Assembly: GCA_002269645.1 (NCBI GenBank)
Contig: NIVC01000892.1
Location: 248,001-312,000 of the forward strand
Source: Macrostomum lignano
Taxonomy: Eukaryota
Direction: 5' to 3'
Length of the DNA: 64,000 nt
A model generated the notes under the pieces. The model worked only from the letters and a program-made list of their open reading frames with translations, was not told the origin of the DNA and did no database searches. Made by a program: the position numbers and the translations under genes. Shown here in pieces: positions 47,111 through 59,200 of the stretch. How positions within the stretch are numbered: position 1 is the stretch's first letter; each line of letters begins with the position of its first letter.

Positions 47111-48889
47111 ATGCAGAATTGCCGGCGCAGCAACACGGAGCAGCAGCTGTCAAAGGAGGTCTGGCAGCTGCGCAGCAACAATCGCTTCAAGACGGCTGGC
47201 GGCGACAGCGCCAACGCGACGCGAACAAAAGAATTGGACGTTGGCGCGTCGCGGGTCCGAGCTGCCGTCGGCGGCAGCAGGCCGGCCAATGCGCGCGAGA
47301 TTCTGCTGCAATTCTGCCGCGGCACCAGCCTGCGCGGCATTCCAAGAATCGTGTCCGCCGATTCCGGCGCGGTCCGCCTGCTCTGGCTGGTGTCCGTATC
47401 GCTGCTCGTGCTTGCCTGCTCTGTTAACCTGTACTTCATCATCAAGCTGTACTTTGCCAGAGACGTGGTGCAGCTTCCGGGCCAAGCCTTCAGACCCGAC
47501 GCCAAGTTTCCATCCGTGACGGTGTGCAACCAGGTGCCTCTGTCGCTCCGTGGCCACGGCCTCATCAACAGAAGAGGCTGGCGGCCTCCCAGAGAGTTCT
47601 GGAAGGCCGTGTGGAAGCAGAACCGGCAGTCTGTTGACGTCAATCTGAGTCAAGCCGATCGGCACAACCTGCAGGTGTACGCGCCTGGTTTCCTGTCGCT
47701 CAATGCCTATTTCGCCAACATCCCGCTGGGATTTCAACCAGCCGAGCTTGGCTTCTCCCAGCGGGAGCTCATCCGCAACTGCTTCCTGCTCATCCGGGAG
47801 CTGTCCGGCGAGCCGCCAGTGAGAAGTCCGAAATGTGCCGACATGGGCGAGTGGCGGAGGATCTACCACCAGAACTGGCTGAACTGCTTCACCTACACTG
47901 TCAGCGAGCACGTCCGGGATCCAGTGATTGAGCTGGAGATGCGGCTGTTCCTCGGCCACGATCTGGAAGTTAAATGCGACGACTGCATGAAGATGGACGT
48001 CAACACGCAGGTGCGAGGCGCCACCATCGTGCTGCACCCCAGAGGCTCGTTCCCGGACGTGAGCAGGAACGGATTCAACGCCTATCCGGGCACCCTCACG
48101 CAGGTTCGCTTCGAAACCATCAACTGGACTCGGCTGGGCTGGCCGTACGGCAGCTGCAGCTTCAACGCGCCGTCGTCTCTGAGCATCGGAGGTGAACGCT
48201 TCGCCTACTCGCGCGAGGCCTGCCTGAAGCAGCTCGGCCAGCTGCAGATTGAGGAGCAGTGCAACTGCACTTTTGCCTTCCTGTTGCACCGCTCGGCTAA
48301 TCAATCTGGACTATGCGAACGACTCGACGGCGACATCAACAACTTCAGCGCCGAAGGACTGTCCAAAGCCCTTCGCAGAACGCGCTGCGCTATGAAACTC
48401 ATTTTCCAGGAGGCGCACAGCCAGTGCCCGCAGCCGTGTAACTATCAGTCCTACCAGGCGTCCGCCACGCAGACACAGTGGCCCCGTCACTCCATGCAGC
48501 TGCACCTGTTCGAGAGCGAGCTGCTCCCCAATTTGGCCATCAACCTGACGCGAAAAGCTCCAAAGAATCGCACCTTCTGGTCACTTGAGGACGAAGTTCG
48601 AGAAGCCTACTTGGAGGTGAAGAGGCTGCATCAACAGGGCGGTCCAGCAGCCGCGGCGGACTACCTGAGCCGCACCGGCTTGGTCTCGCGCAGCTTCGTC
48701 ACAGTTCGGGTCACGCGAGACAATTTCCACGTGGCCCAGGTTGTGGACAAGCCGGTGCAGACTCTGGCCTCCACGATCGGTCAGGTTGGCGGCCTGCTGT
48801 CCATGTGGCTGGGCCTCACGCTTATCTGGCTCGTTGAGCTGATGGAGCTGTCCCTGCGGCTGTTGAGACTGCTCTGCGGAACTTGCTGA
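47111..48889 (+). CDS. Intronless DEG/ENaC (ASIC/FaNaC-like) channel subunit, about 592 aa
   Basis: TSLRGIPRI pre-M1, TM1, FPSVTVCN, NCFTY, Cys-rich thumb (C..QCNC...C...CPQPC), TM2 IGQVGGLLSMWLGLTLIWLVE; first ATG at 47111 (the ORF track starts at a TTG at 46979). Confidence 0.93.
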   Translation: MQNCRRSNTEQQLSKEVWQLRSNNRFKTAGGDSANATRTKELDVGASRVRAAVGGSRPANAREILLQFCRGTSLRGIPRIVSADSGAVRLLWLVSVSLLVLACSVNLYFIIKLYFARDVVQLPGQAFRPDAKFPSVTVCNQVPLSLRGHGLINRRGWRPPREFWKAVWKQNRQSVDVNLSQADRHNLQVYAPGFLSLNAYFANIPLGFQPAELGFSQRELIRNCFLLIRELSGEPPVRSPKCADMGEWRRIYHQNWLNCFTYTVSEHVRDPVIELEMRLFLGHDLEVKCDDCMKMDVNTQVRGATIVLHPRGSFPDVSRNGFNAYPGTLTQVRFETINWTRLGWPYGSCSFNAPSSLSIGGERFAYSREACLKQLGQLQIEEQCNCTFAFLLHRSANQSGLCERLDGDINNFSAEGLSKALRRTRCAMKLIFQEAHSQCPQPCNYQSYQASATQTQWPRHSMQLHLFESELLPNLAINLTRKAPKNRTFWSLEDEVREAYLEVKRLHQQGGPAAAADYLSRTGLVSRSFVTVRVTRDNFHVAQVVDKPVQTLASTIGQVGGLLSMWLGLTLIWLVELMELSLRLLRLLCGTC

Positions 48890-48943
48890 ATGCAGTATAA
48901 CTAATATAATAATTAATATAATTGATTACACCTGCCCTGCAAT

Positions 48944-49195
48944 TGGGCCAGATGTGCGACCGACAGCTCAGCCGCAGCTATTGCGCAGCGCATCTGAAGG
49001 CTGCGTACGGCTGTTCAGTCCAGACTGGGGGTCGCCATGCACACCCCCATAACCCCAGCTAATGCTGGCACCCATTTTACAGTTGGTTGAACTGACAATG
49101 CAGAGTAAGTGTCTTTTGCTCAAGGACACACATTGTTCCTGTGGAATCGGGAGTCGAACCCATGACCTTCGTCCGACGCTCTGACCACTAGGCTG
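48944..49195 (-). mobile_element. CORE-like SINE just downstream of the ENaC stop
   Basis: Colinear, with small deletions. Confidence 0.9.
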
Positions 49196-49505
49196 AGTGC
49201 AATGCATGTTGTGAAGTACATGTAGCTTTTGTGTCAATGTACATGTAGTCAAATGTAGTCAAATGTAGAGACAAATGTAGTCTCTTCAAAGCTGGATATG
49301 GGGCGCCCGCAGCCCTTTCCACCAAAGAAAGCACGAGCGTAACTAGTTTCCATAGACGAAACCTGAAGTTAGTGAATAATTATTGTTATTGATGCAATTA
49401 GAGCAATTGAAATTGAAATCAAATGAAATTGATTGATGCAATTGAAATGCATTTCTACTTTTTAAAAACTCTAGTCTAGTTTATTCAATCCGTAACTCAA
49501 CCAAA

Positions 49506-50261
49506 ATGAACATCAGTCTATCAGAGTCGTCAGCTTACAAAATCTGGAAAAGTTTGTCATTCATGTGCGAAAACTCGCGCCTAATTCCTGGACAAATGGT
49601 GTGCAACTTCTTCATCAAGTATCTGACAACGAATTCTTATTTCGCGAAGCAGCGCGGCGGCAAGACCAGCTTGCCATGGAAGTCCATGGTGAAGGCCAAC
49701 CTCACTGAGCTAACTGTATTTCTGTCTACACAGAATTCCCCTTCCGATGCCGTGGATGAGTGTAAATTCCACAGGCTGTGGCAACTGATGCACCTGGATA
49801 ACATGACCGTGTTCTTTGAGAAAATTATCGAGCTAATTGACGAATCGGCACCCCTGAACGACTACGTGCTGACTAGTAAGAGGATGTTCGCTGCACTATC
49901 CAGTGTTGTGAAGCCAGAACAGGCCTCCGTTATTGACTTTCTGCACTACATCTGCTATTTCTATTGCGGCACTTCGCCAGGGTTTCTGCACAAGCACGAG
50001 ACCATCTTGCTGCTGCAGGACATCTGTCGCGACTGGGGCACAATATTTGACAGGATTTACAGCTTCCTCGAGGTGCACATTCAGGGCGCGGTGACTAGCG
50101 AGCTGATTGAGACTCGCTGCCCGATGCTGCCGATCGAGGAATCGGCAGTTCAGGAGGACAGGAACCAGGTTGTTGTTGTTTCCAAGGAAGATTTCTGCAA
50201 TAACATGCGACAGAAAATACCGGCCGTGCTTTGCGGCTGCAAGATTGAAATTATCGTGTAG
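49506..50261 (+). CDS. Intronless 251-aa protein of unknown function
   Basis: Non-repetitive 756-nt ORF, GC-rich coding-like composition in AT-rich flanks, AAAATG start context. Confidence 0.7.
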   Translation: MNISLSESSAYKIWKSLSFMCENSRLIPGQMVCNFFIKYLTTNSYFAKQRGGKTSLPWKSMVKANLTELTVFLSTQNSPSDAVDECKFHRLWQLMHLDNMTVFFEKIIELIDESAPLNDYVLTSKRMFAALSSVVKPEQASVIDFLHYICYFYCGTSPGFLHKHETILLLQDICRDWGTIFDRIYSFLEVHIQGAVTSELIETRCPMLPIEESAVQEDRNQVVVVSKEDFCNNMRQKIPAVLCGCKIEIIV

Positions 50262-50357
50262 CTTCGGATCTGATGCAGCAAACGGAGTGAATTCAGCATC
50301 GGTAATGAAAATATTAACTTAATTGTTTAACGGCAATAATCACCTGTAGCATTGAAA

Positions 50358-50821
50358 CAGGGGTTGGCAAACTCTGGACCCGATCAGGTCCTTTCAACTT
50401 CACAATAGCAATCCGACCCACTCAAAGTTTGTATCTTCTCTTCCTTTCTCTTTCTCACCAGGCCCGCAGCTATGAGCTTCATCATTTGCCTGGCTCTTGA
50501 GGTAAATTATTTCCTGGCTCTTGAGGATACGAGAAGAGAGATGAACTAGGAGTGAAGAGAGAAGAGAGAGGAGAGAGAAATGAAGAAGTTGGAGGTAGAT
50601 GAGATAATTGAGAGGAGAGGATAGGAGAGGAGAGAAGAGAGAGAGAAGAGAAGAGAGAGATGAGAGAGGAGAGGAGAGGAGAAGAGAGAAGATTAGAGAG
50701 TACTGTAGAGAGGGCTGAGAAGAGACGCAAACCGTGAGCGGGGCGCATCGCTATTGTGAAGTTTCAAAGGACCCGAGGGCCGGATAGAGAGGCTTTGCGG
50801 GTCGGAGTTTGCCAACCCCTG
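50358..50821. mobile_element. hAT-type MITE with TIR CAGGGGTTGGCAAACTC and GA-rich interior
   Basis: CAGGGGTTGGCAAACTC...GAGTTTGCCAACCCCTG; no intact TSD seen. Confidence 0.8.
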
Positions 50822-50830
50822 ACATAAATA

Positions 50831-52223
50831 TACCTTTTAACAATTTTGGACATAAGTGAAGTTAATTTAGTCATTAGTCAGCTCAGTTCTAGAAAAGTGA
50901 GTTTGATTTAGTCAGCAGTCGGGGCTTACCATAGACTACTATAGTTAAGAAATGAAATCGATTTAGTCGAGTTCCTCTAAATCCGTCTTTCGTAACTTTT
51001 ACACCATTTTACCTCCTATTTTGAACAAAGTCTTGTTCAAAAGAAACAAGCAGAACTTCAATTCAAACACTTTAAGAAATATCAGCCCTTGCGGAAATTC
51101 AATTCAAACAAAGTCCCCTTTCTATTGAAACAGAAGAACTTCAATTCAGACTGTCTGTGGCCAAAATTGTCCCCAAATGACGCGCATGCGCAGATTTGAA
51201 ATTCAAAAGAAACAAAGTCACTGGTTTGAATTGAAGTTCTGCTTGTTTCTTTTGAACAGGATTTTGTTCAAAATAGGAGGTAAAATGGTGTATTAAGTCA
51301 AAGTGAATTTTATTTAGTCGTTATAGCTTTGAGAAGAGAAGTAGTGAAACAAGAACGCAAACGAACAGACACAAGACGCTTCAGTTTTCAATTAACGATG
51401 TCTTCCATGGCAATGCAACGGGGTTATGTACCTAAGGCTCTCACGATGCCAGGCTTCGCAATGAGGCTGTGTCACAGCTGCCATACTGGCCTCCAGCTCA
51501 CGCTCTAGAATGCGGGCGCGGTGTTCTTGCAGAGTGATTTCAAGTGCGTTGGCAGCGTTTCTGTCGCCTAGCTGCCGCTGCAACTCCACTTGAGTTAGCG
51601 ATCGCTTCAGTGATGCTTTCACAGAGGAGATGGCACGCTCCGTCATTCGTTCCTGCTTGATACGGCTTGATCCAGAGCACGGCTTATGGTTTGAATGGTG
51701 CAGGGTTGCCAGTCTGGGAACAACACAATCAAGCGTTGCCGCATGTCATTGAGCGTCGCGGTGGGCGTTTCACCAACAAATTCAACAAGCCTGTCGAGCA
51801 TAGCTTCGGTTAAAGCTTTTGGCTTATTTCCTCCTCGTCTCGAGGCCTGGACGCGTCCACTTTGTTCGTATTTAACGATAACATTTCTGGCAGACTGACG
51901 GGAGATGTTTAGCTGTCTCGCTAGTTGCTGCCAATCGGCATTGCTAATAAAAGCGTCGATGAGTCTTCGCCGGTCCTGCTCAGAGATAGTGACTCTGTGA
52001 ATGCCTGCAGCTGCCGCCATGATGACTAAATAAAATTCACTGTGACTAAAATCAAGTCATGGAAGGGTTTAAATACGTGGAACTCGACTAAATCGATTTC
52101 ATTTCTTTACTATAGTCTATGGTAAACCCCGAGTGCTGACTAAATCAAACTCACTTTTCTAGGACTGAGCTGACTAATGACTAAATTGACTTCACTTATG
52201 TCCAAAAAATTCTTTAAAAGGTA
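50831..52223 (-). mobile_element. Non-autonomous IS630/Tc1-type element (internal deletion of the DDE domain)
   Basis: About 148-bp TIRs starting TATACCTTTT; HTH ORF 52020-51643 and C-terminal ORF 51646-51392 are both homologous to the transposase at 41521-42579, but the catalytic region is absent. Confidence 0.9.
51002..51290. mobile_element. Nested MITE with about 70-bp TIRs (CACCATTTTACCTCC...) and TA flanks
   Basis: TA|CACCATTTTACCTCCTATTTTGAACAA...TTGTTCAAAATAGGAGGTAAAATGGTG|TA. Confidence 0.88.
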
Positions 52224-53219
52224 TAGTGTTCGCAAACAAGAGTTTTAAGCCAGGTTATAAGCAGCATACTCAAAAGCAGCCCATAGCTTCTGTACATGTT
52301 CTATTATAGGTAGGTTGCATTTAGAATGAGGACAAGGTGTTTTTTTGTTTAATCCTAAGAGAAAATCATTTTCAATTGTCTTGATTTGCAACTGCCGTTT
52401 TCTGCTTTGCGCTGTTTCCGAGCCCATAGCTTCGATTTCTCCCCAAATTTAATGCAGAAATCTAAATATTTAATTACTATAAGCGCGAGATACGAACTAG
52501 TTTAATCTACAGTACCAATCTAGTTATATGGTTGAGCAAATACGACCGTAAATCACAATCCGTGTTGATCTTTAAAGTGCGTCTTAGATATTTTTAATGT
52601 CTTTCGAATCCAATCGGTCATTTATTTCTCTTACTATGCCATATAATACGGTATTTCCGGGCTTTTTCTATTCTATAACAGATTTCAAGGGAAAGGGAAA
52701 TGCCGGATCTCATATCTACCAATATATTACGGTTGATCGATGGTCTGACCAGCCAGAAAATTATAATTCAGCACCCCAAGTAAATGGACATGCAAAATAG
52801 ATTCCATTGCTGACGAATTTGGAAACAGCTGTGAAGGTACAATAGGTAGAAAACCCGTGTTTAATTATCTAAGGGCAACTCCTTGCTTGCTTTATAGTTG
52901 GTGCAAAGAAGTACTGCACAGCTATGTATTGTTACAAAGCTTTCCGCAACAGTCGTAGCATCAAACAAGCAACTACTAGAAATTGACATATGAATGGAAA
53001 ACATGCGCACAAATGCTTAATTACAGTTAATTATACTGCAAATAAAGTTAGACAGGCTGGTTAAAATTTTTAAACAAACAAAAATGCGTTTAGTTTTACA
53101 ATATTGAATATTTAACACTAACAGTATGATAAACAATAGCGATTAATGTTATTATCAGTGTGACTGCCAAATAAAATGGTTAATTTGTGTCACAAACTTG
53201 CAGATTCATATATGCACCG

Positions 53220-56200
53220 CTAAGCCTGCTGGGATGCCAGCCTGGGGTCCGGCGGCTCGTAGCTGCCAGACGTCATAAAAACGTCCATGTTTCGCTCCAG
53301 GAAGCTGAAATTACAGGTGCAACAGAATTAATAACTGAGCAAAACATACCTGCCTAAATGTAGTGATGTAGCACTATTTGTTTCTCAAGTCAATTGCTGC
53401 GGCAATTCTGCAGAGTTCACCTGACTCCTGAGCACCTGCATTGTAGGGGTTGCAGCCTAATGGTCAGAGCGTCGGACTCACGACTTGAAGGTCGGGGGTT
53501 CGATTCCCGATCCCACTCGAAGAACAATTTGTGTCCTTAAGCAAGACACTTAACTCTGTGCATTGCTTCAGCTCACCCAGCTGTAAAATGGGTGCCAGCA
53601 TTGGCTGGGGTAATTGAGGGTGAATATGGCGACCCTCCAGTCCTTGGACTGAACAGCCGTACGCAGCCTTCAGATGCGCCGCGCAATAGCTGCGGCTGAG
53701 CTGTCGGTTGCCCATCTGGCCATTAGAGCAGGTGTAATCAATATTAGTAAGTAGGAGCTGCTGCAGTGTACATGTACACCCGAATATTCACGCCTGATGT
53801 TCGGAAGACGAACATCGGAAGACGCCCGAGGTTCCGATATATTCAATAATCTTTGCATTATCCCGAAATCCAGCCGACTAAATCCGATAATCTTTATGGC
53901 GATGTCGTACTTAAAGCAGGCACTGGATTAACACCGAGAGAGAGCTGGATTTACAAGCGCAGGATAAGATAAACATGCTCGAATATGGTGTTGGTCTGGT
54001 GTGGAGCAACTCAGCGGTAAGCCCGTCCACCCATATGCAATTCACACCCATATGAGGGTCATGCCACTTCCATGAGACACAACAATTAGAAAGTCAAAGG
54101 GCCGTTGTACACCGTCTGAGTGTATGAGTGAGTATGAGCGTCTGTACTCAGGATGCGTTCTCTAGACAAATTCCAGGCTTTACAGGTCATTTCTAAGAAA
54201 AACCAGTGTAGCAAGCGTCTACTGCAGCTGTCCATGAATCAGACTGGGAGACATTCTCCCCCCCCCTAGAGGAGCAACTTGATCCAGACTTAAATATCTA
54301 TCCCTATTAAAGGCAATTTTTTCCTAATGCATATAATAATCCAGCTGCAATAGACTACTCACAGTAGAAAAGCGTCGCAATAATCCAACAGCGTATTCAA
54401 GCACTTCAAATCCAGTTTAGTATGCGATAACAGATCGCCCAGTCGGACAAACAGCCTCAGCAGATGCATGCAGCCGTACAGACTGGCTGGCATCGCCGTT
54501 CTGTGACTCTTCAACAGAGAAGAGAACTGCTGTCGCTCATTGCTGTACAGCAGCTGACTGTTCAGCACCGTGTTGAAGTAGCTCTGCAGGCCGGCTACGA
54601 ATTCGGACAGGCGTTCTCGTTCCAGATCGTCAGCATTGCTGATAGCCGATTGGGTGGTCACGAATCGGCCGAGAATGCCGGACACCTGGGCGAAATTGAC
54701 AGATACTAATGGTGAATCTGGCAGTTTGACACACTTGAATACAGGGAGTAGCAGATTTAGATGGCAGTTTGACACACTTGAATACAGGGAGTAGCAGATT
54801 CAGATGGAAGTTTGACACACTTGAATACAGGGAGTAGCAGATTCAGATGGCAGTTTGACACACTTGAATACAGGGAGTAGCAGATTCAGATGGAAGTTTG
54901 ACACACTTGAATACAGGGAGTAGCAGATTCAGATGGCAGTTTGACACACTTGAATACAGGGAGTAGCAGATTCAGATGGCAGTTTGACACACTTAATACA
55001 GGGAGTAGCAGATTGAGACGGCAGATTGAATGCTGAGAATGGCAGATTCAGATGGCAGATTGAATGCTGAGAATGGCAGATTCAGACGGCAGATCGGCAG
55101 ATTGAATACTGAGAATGGCAGATTCAGACGGAAGATCGGCAGATTGAATACTGAGAATGGCAGGTTCAGACGGCAGATCGGCAGATTGAATACTGAGAAT
55201 GGCAGATTCAGACGGAAGATCGGCAGATTGAATACTGAGAATGGCAGATTCAGACGGCAGATTGAATACTGAGAATGGCAGGTTCAGACGGCAGACTGAA
55301 TGCTGAGAATGGCAGATTCAGACGGCAGATCGGCAGATTGAATACTGAGAATGGCAGGTTCAGACGGCAGACTGAATGCTGAGAATGGCAGATTCAGACG
55401 GCAGACTGAATGCTGAGAATGGCAGATTCAGACGGCAGATTGAATACTGAGAATGGCAGATTCAGACGGAAGATCGGCAGATTGAATACTGAGAATGGCA
55501 GGTTCAGACGGCAGATCGGCAGATTGAATACTGAGAATGGCAGATTCAGACGGAAGATCGGCAGATTGAATACTGAGAATGGCAGATTCAGATGGCAGAT
55601 TGAATACTGAGAATGGCAGGTTCAGACGGCAGACTGAATGCTGAGAATGGCAGATTCAGACGGCAGACTGAATGCTGAGAATGGCAGATTCAGACGGCAG
55701 ACTGAATGCTGAGAATGGCAGATTCAGACGGAAGATCGGCAGATTGAATACTGAGAATGGCAGATTCAGACGGAAGATCGGCAGATTGAATACTGAGAAT
55801 GGCAGATTCAGATGGCAGATTGAATACTGAGAATGGCAGGTTCAGACGGCAGACTGAATGCTGAGAATGGCAGATTCAGACGGTAGTTTGATAGACTTAA
55901 AAAATCAAATTAAAAGCCAACCGTTTGCGAAGGCGGAGGCGGCAGGGCCAGCAGTCGTTTCTGCTTGCAGACCAGATCCGCATCATCGGCCAGCCACAGC
56001 TTCAGCGGCCTGGACAGTTCAATCTGAATGCGCAGTCGTTTGCCGGTGCCGCCGCCAAAAGCGCCTCCCGTACCACTGGATTCGGACGCTGAGGCATCCG
56101 GATCGGCCACGGCAGAGGACAGAGACTCTCTGGCCGAGCGCTTGCTTGTTGTTGATGCGGCCGCAGCTGGAGGTGGAAGCGGCGGCGGCGGAGGCAGCTG

Positions 56201-59200
56201 CTTTGACGGAGGCTGCTGCTTTGGCGGTGGCTGCTTCGGCGGCTGCGAACTGGACGATGAAGCGGAAGCAGCTCCATCGTTGCTCGCAGCTTCCTCTAGC
56301 CGGCGGAGCGCCTCTGGCGGCGGATACTCCTGATTGAGCAGGTCCGACTTGCGCAGACCTTTGACTTTCTTGCCCGGCTTTGAATAGAACTCTTTCAATT
56401 CTTTCTGCTTCTGCAGGCCGACCGCGTTGAATTTCATAATGCGAGCGTCGCCGACCCATTCGTCCCAGCTGCGCAATTGGCGAGATTGACAGTTTGACAG
56501 GGCCTGCTTGGCAGCTATGCGTTCAACCTGTGAGTTACCCTTTAAGACCCTTAGAAGAGCTCAGAGCCGCACTACACCTAATTCAACAGGAGCAACTAAA
56601 ATCATTATACATAGTTACAGAAGACAGCTAACAGAAGAATGCTGAGATGACAAGACTTGGAGGAATGGCCAAGATTTCAAGGCTTACTGGGGAATTTCTG
56701 AGATGTCAAGGCTTACAGGGGGAATTGCTGAGATGTCAAGGCTTACTGGGGAATTTCTGAGATGTCAAGGCTTACAGGGGGAATTGCTGAGATGTCAAGG
56801 CTTACTGGGGGAATTGCTGAGATGTCAAGGCTTACAGGGAATTGCTGAGATGTCAAGGCTTACAGGGGGAATTGCTGAGATGTCAAGGCTTACTGGGGGA
56901 ATTGCTGAGATGTCAAGGCTTACAGGGAATTGCTGAGATGTCAAGGCTTACATGGAATTGCTGAGATGTCAAGACTTACAGGGGGAATTGCTGAGATGTC
57001 AAAGCTTACGGGGGAATTGCTGAGATGTCAAGGCTTACAGGGAATTGCTGAGATGTCAAGGCTTACTGGGGGAATTGCTGAGATGTCAAGGCTTACAGGG
57101 AATTGCTGAGATGTCAAGGCTTACTAGGGAAATTGCCGAGATGGCAAGGCTTACTGGGGGAATTGCTGAGCTTATTGCAAGGAGAAGCTAAATGTGAGTT
57201 TAATAAAAAAATTGTATTCCATTCTTAAATATAATGAAGAAGAACAGTTAAAAATGTACTTCAAATAATCATAACTTACTTCTTATTCCAGCCTTGATAA
57301 TGCACAAAGTACTTAATGTGACCATCTTTGACATCAACACTGAGGCACTGAAAAAATGTTTAAGCATTCAACTTAAAATCATATTTATGGAGCAATACAT
57401 ACAAAAATATCAATAAAAATGCTCACCTTAGCTTCATATAAAAGTGGTCCATGAAAGCATAGAATTTTTTCTCCTAAAATTATATTTTAAGAGAGAAATT
57501 GTTAGCAAACAAAGTCATTATATTTCTTTCATTTAAGACATATACACACAAAATAATTACTAAACTAGTATATATTCTACAAGTTACAAGCTATAATATG
57601 ACAAATATTCTTTCTACCATTTAAGAAACAATGTTCATTGGCACTATAAAGAAAAATCTATGTAAATATAATATACTACTGCAAAGACATTTTGGGTACT
57701 TTATATGCTATAAACTATAGTGTTCTGCTATAAGGGGGTCCATGTGCTGTAGCCAAAGCCATAAGCAAAACTATGGCTTATTCAAATTCTCCATACTCTA
57801 TAGCTGTAGGGACTCCCATATTACCATATTCTTGTAGTTCCAGTAGCTGTAGCCATAGTTTTAACAAAAAGTCTAGGAAACAAAATATTTTGAATCAAGA
57901 AGATAACCAGACTCCAGAGGGTTTGTATAGTACTACTACAGAAAATTTGTATAGTCTAGAAAGTCAGTGATAAACTTTTTGCTTCTTTAACAAATAATAA
58001 ATAAAATTAGTATAAATTATTGTTAAGAATTTACATTTTGCAAATAACTCTATTTCTGTAGGTTTAATTCAAGTTTGTTTAAAATGAAAATATTTGTAAC
58101 ATTTTAAAGACTTTTCATACAAAAGCCTTTCTTAGGAAACTCTACTTATAAAAACTGAATGACCTTTTTAGGTGGAATTATTGGCATACATTTAAGGGAA
58201 AGTTTTTGCTTTTTGCATACACTGGCATACATTTAGCTAAGATAGGATTCTTGTTCCAGCATATACTACTACATGATCCAGAGGCTTTCATAAATATATG
58301 ACCAATGGCGCATGACCAAGATAGCCATATACCAAGAAAGCCACAGCTCTAAATGTCTAAATAGATAATAATAAGCCTATGTCTATATATTTCACTCATT
58401 TCCTATTGGTAGTAACTTGTTTTAATTATAGATCTTCAAGTCTTAGAGAGATAGATGCTATAATGGAATTATATTACATGATATAATCACTCCCTTTGGC
58501 TTTAGCTTTTATTTTAGACTAACATATAGATATTTAACAACTAAATAAAGCAAATAGCCTAGCACAAAATAAATACTTTGTTGAATATTCTGATAAACTG
58601 ATAGTGACAAATTGGGTAGATATAATGATAGAGAATAAATTGACACAAACAGTAAAAAAGATAACATTTTTGTATTATGGGTACTTAGTTTCAAATCTTT
58701 TATTGTGTTAGTATTTATGAGTATTATTGATTAAAAATAATAATTAATATAACAATAACTATTAAGTTGCTGATTAATGGTAGAAAGAGTAAATATAATT
58801 GAGATTCAATGTCATACATGTGCAATAGTTGGCCAAGTTGGCCAATTTGGCTGATCAATTTGGCAGCCAACCAAGGAAGTTGCAAAAATGCCCATCCCAA
58901 AAATATCAAAGTAGTAGTACTAAGTAGCTGACAAGACATTTTGACTCGATAAGACAGTCATAGTTACTCCTGCTGTTTACCCAAAGTTGCGTTAATTTTG
59001 TGTTAGGTTTTTTACATGTAAGTTGCATTTTTGGCCAAAAACTATGTCGCATTTTGGAGGTTGCGCATGTATGTTCAATGTTGTGGCCATCTTGGCCTTA
59101 TACTAGTGTTCTGCCATATGGAGGGTCCATGTACTGTAGCCATAGCCATAAGCAAAACTATGGCTTATTCCAATTCTCCATATTCTGTAGCTGTAGGGAC

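Noticed and set aside
47150-48304. 384-aa antisense ORF over ENaC
   Set aside because: Shadow ORF expected from GC-rich codon usage; similar shadows overlie the GPCR, ZF, coiled-coil and MRG15 exons
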